NCBI GenBank assembly: GCA_029213165.1
Contig: JARGNO010000005.1
Span: 42,418 to 106,417 of the forward strand
From: Minwuia sp.
GTDB lineage: Bacteria; Pseudomonadota; Alphaproteobacteria; Minwuiales; Minwuiaceae
Length of the DNA stretch: 64,000 bases
Direction: 5' to 3'
The notes under the pieces are model-generated. The model did not search any database. It was not told the origin of the DNA and saw nothing but the letters and a program-made list of their open reading frames with translations. A program made the translations under genes and the position numbers. The first letter of the stretch is position 1; every line of letters begins with the position of its first letter. Positions 57,941-64,000 of the stretch are shown here, piece after piece.

Positions 57941-58054
57941 CGGTATCCCCTCGATACGTGAAAGTCCCCTTCGGTCACTATCCGCCATGTCAGGGCAAAA
58001 ATAAACGACCAAGGCCAAGGGACGCGACGGAACCCGTGCCGGATGCGAAGTCGA

Positions 58055-58624
58055 TCACATCGGCGGGGTGCCGCCGACATTCTCGATATCTGCACAGGGG
58101 ATGCGGATCACATCCGACCAGACCGGCTGTATCCAGTCACGGTCGTTCTGCCTGACCTCATAGTCGCCAAGACCCAGCACCAGCCGGATCTGATGGTCAT
58201 CATCTCGCATCGGCACGATCAGACGCTCGCCGATCCGCTTGGACTTCCGACCGACCTTTTCCTCAAGGATGCCGTACTGGACCAGTGGCGTTTCCACCAC
58301 CCCGCGCCATCGCTCCAGCGCCGCAGGATGATTCGCGTCGCCAACCACCTCCCGCAAGCTCAATCCCTTGATACGCACGCCCCAGGCTTCGTGTACCTGC
58401 TCGCCAGCCAGACGGCAGATGAAATCGCCCGCAGCATCGTCGAACCCGTAGAGATAGACCTTCGCCAGATAGCGACCGAGCCGGGTCGGATCAAAATCCT
58501 GCCGCCCGGGGACGGCGCGACCGACACGCATTCCGCACCAGCAGTTGAGCAGGGTAAGTGCCGGTCTGCCAGCCGCATGCAGCAACTGCCTCACATCTTC
58601 CGGAATGTCAGGGAACTCGTTCAT
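58055..58624 (-). CDS. Stand-alone PAS_5-like protein
   Basis: W...R.GRAVPGRQDFDP..L...L, F.CRLAGE and ERL..P motifs. Confidence 0.8.
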   Translation of the reverse strand: MNEFPDIPEDVRQLLHAAGRPALTLLNCWCGMRVGRAVPGRQDFDPTRLGRYLAKVYLYGFDDAAGDFICRLAGEQVHEAWGVRIKGLSLREVVGDANHPAALERWRGVVETPLVQYGILEEKVGRKSKRIGERLIVPMRDDDHQIRLVLGLGDYEVRQNDRDWIQPVWSDVIRIPCADIENVGGTPPM

Positions 58625-59538
58625 TCAGAAATGAGAAAACCTTTCTCGTCACGGGTCTCCGGCCCCCGTACGCGGGCGCGTCCATCACCGAAATTCTGGT
58701 CCCGTGTCTTCAGCGCGGCCTTCAGTCCTTCCGACCGGGCCACCTGCCGGAACTTCTGCGTCCCCGGTGCCAGATGCGCGCGGGCATCGTTCTCGGCAGA
58801 TATCCGTTGCAGCGTGCGCCCGCCCATCAATTCGATCCCGAGATTGACTATCCGCTTGTTCGCCGCCAGCAGATCCGGGTCGATACCGGCCATGCGGCTC
58901 GCCAGTCCCTCGACCTCCGCCTCCAGCAGATCGGCAGGGACCGATTTGAGTACCAGACCAATCAGTGCGGCTTCCTCCCCCGTCACGGTATCGCCGGTAA
59001 GAAGCAGCCGCTTCGCCCACTGCGGCCCACAGTTGTAGAGCCACATCTGGTTCGGCAACGACCCCAGGTCCCGCGCCGGAGGGAAACCGAGCACTGCATC
59101 ATCCGCCGCAATCACCATGTCACAGAGCAGAGCCACATCGGTTCCACCGGCCAGGCAATGGCCATGCACCTGCGCAATGACCGGCTTGTGCATGTCGAAC
59201 AGGGCCATTCGCAGGCGCTGGCCATATTCCAGCCGCCAGATATCATCATCAATGGTCGGATCGGCATAGATACCGCCATCACGATAGTTGCGATCTCCGT
59301 TCCCGCTGGTCTGGGTGCTGTTGAGACCCGGCGTCAGGTCGTAACCGGCAGAGAAACTGGGTCCCGCGCCCCGCAGGATGACACTGTGAACGGCCTTGTC
59401 GTTGTCCGCCTCCCACAGCGCCGCATTCAGTTCCTTCAGCAGATCGACCGAGAGTGCATTGCGCTTCTCCGGCCTGTTCAGCGTGATCCGCGCGCGGCCA
59501 TCGGCCACCTCGTAGAGAATATGTTCCGGCTGCTTCAT
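58621..59538 (-). CDS. Crotonase/enoyl-CoA hydratase family protein
   Basis: ITLNRPEKRNAL, FSAGYDL and AQVHGHCLAGG motifs. Confidence 0.93.
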   Translation of the reverse strand: MKQPEHILYEVADGRARITLNRPEKRNALSVDLLKELNAALWEADNDKAVHSVILRGAGPSFSAGYDLTPGLNSTQTSGNGDRNYRDGGIYADPTIDDDIWRLEYGQRLRMALFDMHKPVIAQVHGHCLAGGTDVALLCDMVIAADDAVLGFPPARDLGSLPNQMWLYNCGPQWAKRLLLTGDTVTGEEAALIGLVLKSVPADLLEAEVEGLASRMAGIDPDLLAANKRIVNLGIELMGGRTLQRISAENDARAHLAPGTQKFRQVARSEGLKAALKTRDQNFGDGRARVRGPETRDEKGFLISE

Positions 59539-59554
59539 TGCTCCCCCCCAAGGA

Positions 59555-60196
59555 TCAGTAGATCGTTTTCGCCCTATGCTCCGGATAGTTCGCGTCGTAG
59601 CTCTCCGCATCGAAGTCGCTGCCGAAGACCGACTTCAGCATTTCGCCCGCTGTCGGGGCCTCCCCCTTCTGCGCAAACCCTTCCGGATCCCACAGGCGGG
59701 AACGGTGCAGCGCCTTCTGGCACTGGTAGTAGATGCGGTCGACCGTCACCGAAACGACGCACTTCGGAACCTTGTCGCCCATGGCGAATGAACGCAGCAG
59801 GTCATGGTCCGTCAGCAGTTCCGCGTGCCCGTTGATGCGCAGGGTCTCCCCGACCCCTGGAATCATGAACAGCAGCGAGACGCGCGGATCGCGGACGATG
59901 TTGCGCAGGCTGTCGATCCGGTTGTTGCCGCGCCGGTCCGGCAACTGGACTCGCCGCTTGTCAATCACCCGAACGAACCCCGGCGGATCGCCACGCGGAG
60001 AGCAATCCAGCCCTTCCGGCCCGCAGGTGGCCAGGATCACGAACGGCGAACGCTCGATGAACTGACGGTAGGGGTCGGAAATGTGGCCCAGTTCCTTGTC
60101 CAGTGCACCCTGCACCGGCAGGCCGTAATGCGCCTCCAGCGCTTCGATACTGTCCAGACGATCCGGACTGTCCTGGCGATCAGGTGTATCGTTCAT
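59555..60196 (-). CDS. Pyridoxamine-phosphate-oxidase-like flavoprotein (MSMEG_1061-like)
   Basis: DCSPRGDPPGFV, LPDRRGNNRIDSLRNI and ETLRING motifs. Confidence 0.9.
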   Translation of the reverse strand: MNDTPDRQDSPDRLDSIEALEAHYGLPVQGALDKELGHISDPYRQFIERSPFVILATCGPEGLDCSPRGDPPGFVRVIDKRRVQLPDRRGNNRIDSLRNIVRDPRVSLLFMIPGVGETLRINGHAELLTDHDLLRSFAMGDKVPKCVVSVTVDRIYYQCQKALHRSRLWDPEGFAQKGEAPTAGEMLKSVFGSDFDAESYDANYPEHRAKTIY

Positions 60197-61425
60197 CCCG
60201 CCCCCTTCTTCAGGTCCGGTCCGGCATGCGGCCCGATACTGGGTGCATTCACGCCGCCGGCCTTCAGTGCCTCTGCCGCGCGCGGATTGTCCATGATCTT
60301 GCTCAGGATGGCCTTCTGCGCCTGCTCGAAGGTTTCCCGGTTCTCGACGACGAACTGGCGCGACTCGCGATAGGCATCCAGCAGGCCGTTGACCTCCGGA
60401 ATGACGTAGCGCGCCACCAGGTCCCAGCTCTTGGAGGTGTTCGGACGGCTCGCCCAGTCATGGACGAAGCCGATGACAGCACCAATCCCGCCGGTCAGTT
60501 GCACCAGGTCACGGATGCGCTTCACCAGATCATCCGGTGTGCCGATGACGGCCGTCGCACCATCCGCCATGGCAGTGGTATCCACTGCTTCGTGGGCGGT
60601 CTTGAAGGCTTCGACGCCCGGCCGCATCAGGGTGCCGACGTTGTATTCGTTGTGCCAGCGCAGCAGACCGTCCTTGGCCTCCGCTATGGCTTGCTCCCGC
60701 GTTTCGGCGATGTGCCACATCATGACGATGCGCCAGTCCTTGCGGTTGACCGTATTGCCGTGTTTGGCCGCTGACTCCTCGGCAAAGCTCCATTGCGTAG
60801 CCAGCGACTGCAACCCGGCAGAGGACATGGAACCGATGGACAGGACGCCGGTGCCATGCTTGCCGGCCAACGTCATGCCGGACGGGCTGATCATGGAGGC
60901 AACAGCGAAGGGCAGATCTTCCTGCAGCGGGCGCAGTTGCAGCTTCGCGTCATGCATCTCGAACCAGTCGGACTTGTAGTCGAACCGTTCGTCCCCCCGC
61001 AGCAGGCGACGGATGACGCCAATCGCCTCGTCCTGCCGGTCGCGCTGGGTCATGGGGTCGATACCCAGTGTATGCGCATCCGACGGCAATGCACCGGGAC
61101 CGGAGCCGAAGATCGCCCGACCGCCGGTCATGTGGTCAAGCTGCACCATGCGCTGCGCCACGATGAAGGGATGGTGATACGGCAGGGAGACCACACCGGT
61201 GCCGAGGCGGATACGGTGTGAACGCTCCCCCGCCGCAGCCAGGAACATTTCTGGGGATGCAATGATCTCCCAGCCAGTGGAATGGTGCTCGCCACACCAG
61301 AATTCGTCATAGCCAAGTTGATCAAGCTGGCTGACCAGATCGAGGTCGGAGCGGAACTGGAGCATCGGATGCTCGCCAATCGGATGATGTGGCGCCAGAA
61401 ACGCCCCGAAGCGCAAACGATCCAT
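60193..61425 (-). CDS. LLM-class monooxygenase (limonene monooxygenase LimB-like)
   Basis: FGAFLAPHH, GEHHSTGWE, LGTGVVSLPYHHP and GSGPGALPSDA motifs. Confidence 0.9.
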   Translation of the reverse strand: MDRLRFGAFLAPHHPIGEHPMLQFRSDLDLVSQLDQLGYDEFWCGEHHSTGWEIIASPEMFLAAAGERSHRIRLGTGVVSLPYHHPFIVAQRMVQLDHMTGGRAIFGSGPGALPSDAHTLGIDPMTQRDRQDEAIGVIRRLLRGDERFDYKSDWFEMHDAKLQLRPLQEDLPFAVASMISPSGMTLAGKHGTGVLSIGSMSSAGLQSLATQWSFAEESAAKHGNTVNRKDWRIVMMWHIAETREQAIAEAKDGLLRWHNEYNVGTLMRPGVEAFKTAHEAVDTTAMADGATAVIGTPDDLVKRIRDLVQLTGGIGAVIGFVHDWASRPNTSKSWDLVARYVIPEVNGLLDAYRESRQFVVENRETFEQAQKAILSKIMDNPRAAEALKAGGVNAPSIGPHAGPDLKKGAG

Positions 61426-61517
61426 GTCTTTCCCTCCCCCATTCAGTCCATCGATCAGAGTTCCGGACAATAGTACACGGCCACGGCCATGGGCGAGGAC
61501 AAGTTGTCTGCAAACGC

Positions 61518-61549
61518 AGAAACCCCCGCAGCCGGATCGGCCACGGGGG
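61518..61549 (-). terminator. Rho-independent terminator after the DUF1127 gene
   Basis: Minus strand CCCCCGTGGCCG-ATC-CGGCTGCGGGGG followed by TTTCT. Confidence 0.65.
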
Positions 61550-61579
61550 CAATTTCAGTTCAGGTCGGGCAGAGCGAGC

Positions 61580-61807
61580 TCAACGGGCCCTGGTCACGTC
61601 ATTCGGGTGACTGATGATCGAGGTCAGCTCCGAACGGTTCAGACCGATGTCGTGCAGGGTCTCATCGCTCAGGGCTTCCAGCTCCCGCAGCTGCACGGCG
61701 TTCTGCCGCGCGATCTGCATATCGGTGAAGCGATCCTGTACCCAGGTGGCTGCGCGGACCAGCAGTCCACTGTCAGAATGCGTCAGGTCAAAGGACTGTA
61801 CGGTCAT
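61580..61807 (-). CDS. DUF1127 (YjiS-like) small protein
   Basis: RELEALSDETLHDIGLNRSEL motif. Strong RBS AAGGAG. Confidence 0.92.
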   Translation of the reverse strand: MTVQSFDLTHSDSGLLVRAATWVQDRFTDMQIARQNAVQLRELEALSDETLHDIGLNRSELTSIISHPNDVTRAR

Positions 61808-61974
61808 GTGATCTCTCCTTGTTTCGGCAGGTCTTTTCCGACTGGCCGTTGCTCTCCGGTGTCTTCGGTAAAGGGGAGATGGGGCGGTATGTGCACTGCA
61901 ACAAACGACGAATTCTTGGCTTTCAGGAAAGGAAATGTATATCGGAAGCCATCCGAAACATCAGGAACGGCCTC

Positions 61975-62925
61975 ATGCGACGCAGACTGCCCCCACTGAA
62001 TGCCCTGCGCGCCTTCGAGGCGGCAGCAAGACATGAGAGTTTCAAGGGCGCCGCGGACGAACTGTCCGTGACGCCTGCGGCGGTCGGGCACCAGATCCGC
62101 ACACTGGAGGACTTTCTGGGGGTGGAGCTGTTTCACCGCCTGAACCGGGCGGTCGAACCGACCGACGCGGCGCGCCGCCTGCTGCCGGACCTTACCCGTG
62201 CCTTCGACCTCATGGTCGATGCCCTGTCGACACTGGATGAAGACGACGGGGAGAACGTGATCTCGGTCTCGACCGTCCCGTCATTTGCCGTGAAATGGCT
62301 CATTCCAAGGCTTGAGCGATTCAACCGCGCGCATCCGGAACTCGATGTCCGGATATCCGCCAGCATGGAGATGACCGACTTCAGCAAGGGGGGATTTGAT
62401 TGCGCCATCCGTTTCGGTTCCGGCAACTATCCCGATCTGAAGGCCTGGAAGATCCTGGATGACACTGTCCTGCCTGCCGCAAGCCCGACATTGCTGGCGA
62501 GTGTTGGCGGCGTCACGCAACCATCCGACCTTTCACGCCTGCCGCTGATCCATGATGATTCGCTGCGCTATGACCCGATGACGCCTGACTGGCGGGCCTG
62601 GCTGATGGCCGTGGGGGCGGAGGACAAGGTGGACTGGCGGCGCGGCACCCACTTCTCCTACGCCGATCACGCTGTGCAGGCAGCCATCGATGGCATGGGC
62701 GTGGTACTGACCCGTCGCTCCCTCGCCGCACATGACCTGGCGACGGGACGGTTGGTGACGCCCTTTCAGGGGGAACAGCCTCTGTCCATGTCCTACTGGT
62801 TCGTCTGCCCGCCACGGAACGCAACGCGATCACGCATCATGGCATTCCGCGACTGGATCCTGTCGGAAGCGTCAAGGATGCCGACGGAGGAAGAGGAACC
62901 AGCGGCTATTCAAGCTCCAGGATGA
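61975..62925 (+). CDS. GcvA-like LysR-family regulator
   Basis: RLPPLNALRAFEAAARH.SF..AADEL.VT and WLIPRL..F...HP motifs. Confidence 0.93.
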   Translation: MRRRLPPLNALRAFEAAARHESFKGAADELSVTPAAVGHQIRTLEDFLGVELFHRLNRAVEPTDAARRLLPDLTRAFDLMVDALSTLDEDDGENVISVSTVPSFAVKWLIPRLERFNRAHPELDVRISASMEMTDFSKGGFDCAIRFGSGNYPDLKAWKILDDTVLPAASPTLLASVGGVTQPSDLSRLPLIHDDSLRYDPMTPDWRAWLMAVGAEDKVDWRRGTHFSYADHAVQAAIDGMGVVLTRRSLAAHDLATGRLVTPFQGEQPLSMSYWFVCPPRNATRSRIMAFRDWILSEASRMPTEEEEPAAIQAPG

Positions 62926-64000
62926 CATCGTCCACCGCAAGGCTGTCACCCGGCCCTGCATTGATGGTGGCAACCACGCCATCGGCTTCCGCGCGCAGCA
63001 CGTTCTCCATCTTCATGGCCTCGACAACGGCGAGCGCCTGACCGGTCTTCACCTCGTCACCCACTTCGACGTGGATCTGCATGATCATGCCCGGCATCGG
63101 GCAAAGCAGCATCTTGGACAGGTCCGGGGCTTCCTTGACCGGCATCAGTCCGGCCAGCTCGGCCGCCGCCGGGGTGCGCACGCAATAGTCATCGGTCGCG
63201 CCGTTGAAGGTCAGCGCAAAGCCCTCGACGGTCGAGCGCACCTGAACCTGCATCTGCTGGCCCCCGACAACGCCCTTGAAGACCGGCTTGCCTGGACGCC
63301 AATTGCTTTCGACCACCAGATGCTCACCGTCGACATGCACATCGGTTGCCCGGTCACCCGCGGTGGCGCGGACACCGAAGTCCTGCTCGCCGACAGAGAC
63401 ACGCCAGTCCTGCCCGATACGCGGGCGAAAATGCGGCACCTGACCGGAAATGCCGGTGGCGCGGATCCGGTCGCGCAGGTGAATGACGACCGCCACCGCA
63501 ACCAGGCGGCGGCGCGTGGTTTCATCAATCACGGCACCGGCAAAACCGTCCGGATATTCCTCCGCAATGAAGTTGGTCGAAAGACGCCCTTCCCGGAACC
63601 GCGGATGGTTGCAGACCGCATTGACGAAGTTGATGTTGTGGCTGATGCCCTCCAGCCGGAACCCATTCAGCGCGCCGACCATGTTGTCGATGGCCGTCTT
63701 GCGGTCCGGGCCATAGCTGCAAAGCTTGGCGATCATCGGATCGTAGAACATCGTGATCTCGGAACCCTCAACCACGCCGGTATCGACACGCACGGTCGCA
63801 CTCTCGGACGGCGGCGCAAAGCGTGACAGCCGGCCAATCGACGGCAGGAATCCACGGTAGGGGTCTTCGGCATAGATACGGCTTTCGACCGCCCAGCCGT
63901 TCAGCTTGATATCGTCCTGCGCCAGGGTCAGCTTCTCGCCATTGGCGATGCGGATCATCCACTCGACCAGATCAATGCCGGTGATCAGTTCCGTCACCGG
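62906..64000 (-). CDS. pccA: Propionyl/acetyl-CoA carboxylase alpha subunit, C-terminal part (5'-partial)
   Basis: RIYAEDP, YDPMIAKL and the biotin site EAMKMEN. The ORF runs off the window end. Confidence 0.9.
   Translation of the reverse strand, partial: PVTELITGIDLVEWMIRIANGEKLTLAQDDIKLNGWAVESRIYAEDPYRGFLPSIGRLSRFAPPSESATVRVDTGVVEGSEITMFYDPMIAKLCSYGPDRKTAIDNMVGALNGFRLEGISHNINFVNAVCNHPRFREGRLSTNFIAEEYPDGFAGAVIDETTRRRLVAVAVVIHLRDRIRATGISGQVPHFRPRIGQDWRVSVGEQDFGVRATAGDRATDVHVDGEHLVVESNWRPGKPVFKGVVGGQQMQVQVRSTVEGFALTFNGATDDYCVRTPAAAELAGLMPVKEAPDLSKMLLCPMPGMIMQIHVEVGDEVKTGQALAVVEAMKMENVLRAEADGVVATINAGPGDSLAVDDVILELE

Noticed and set aside
56042-57961. 639-aa plus-strand ORF opposite maeB, and similar shadows such as 32670-34682 and 37434-38837
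   Set aside because: Each fully overlaps a well-supported gene on the other strand.
61426-61579. Cuckoo/CcsR-type sRNA downstream of DUF1127
   Set aside because: There are no repeated CCUCCUCCC loops, only a terminator and the next gene's RBS.
1-64000. rRNA, tRNA, riboswitch or CRISPR-Cas loci
   Set aside because: None was recognisable by eye. An Infernal/Rfam and tRNAscan run would be needed to exclude small RNAs.

Overview
This is GC-rich chromosomal DNA from an alphaproteobacterium, inferred from the alpha-type dCTP deaminase, DUF1127, PAS_5, a TipN/GPR-like protein and fused MaeB. I found no rRNA, tRNA, CRISPR array, transposase or integrase. The main feature is a ~22 kb minus-strand type I secretion (T1SS) locus (2536-24638): three very large Ca-binding RTX-type proteins (3313, 1476 and 996 aa) followed by TolC, ABC and HlyD genes. 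The 3313-aa protein ends in a duplicated dockerin-like module and carries two copies of a cohesin-like module; a third copy is the N-terminus of the 1476-aa protein. The 996-aa protein has an internal lipobox-like LAAC followed by poly-Gly. My inference is a modular adhesin or matrix assembled non-covalently, cellulosome-style, and exported by T1SS. The rest is mostly metabolism and transport: ilvD, potFGHI, dcd, acyl-CoA enzymes, two LLM monooxygenases, gtdA, maeB and pccA. Also present are a Nudix gene missing from the ORF track that needs a non-canonical start, a low-GC nucleotidyltransferase plus small-protein pair, a hybrid kinase next to a TipN/GPR-like gene, and several strong palindromic elements. 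All family calls come from motif recognition by eye; no database search was run.
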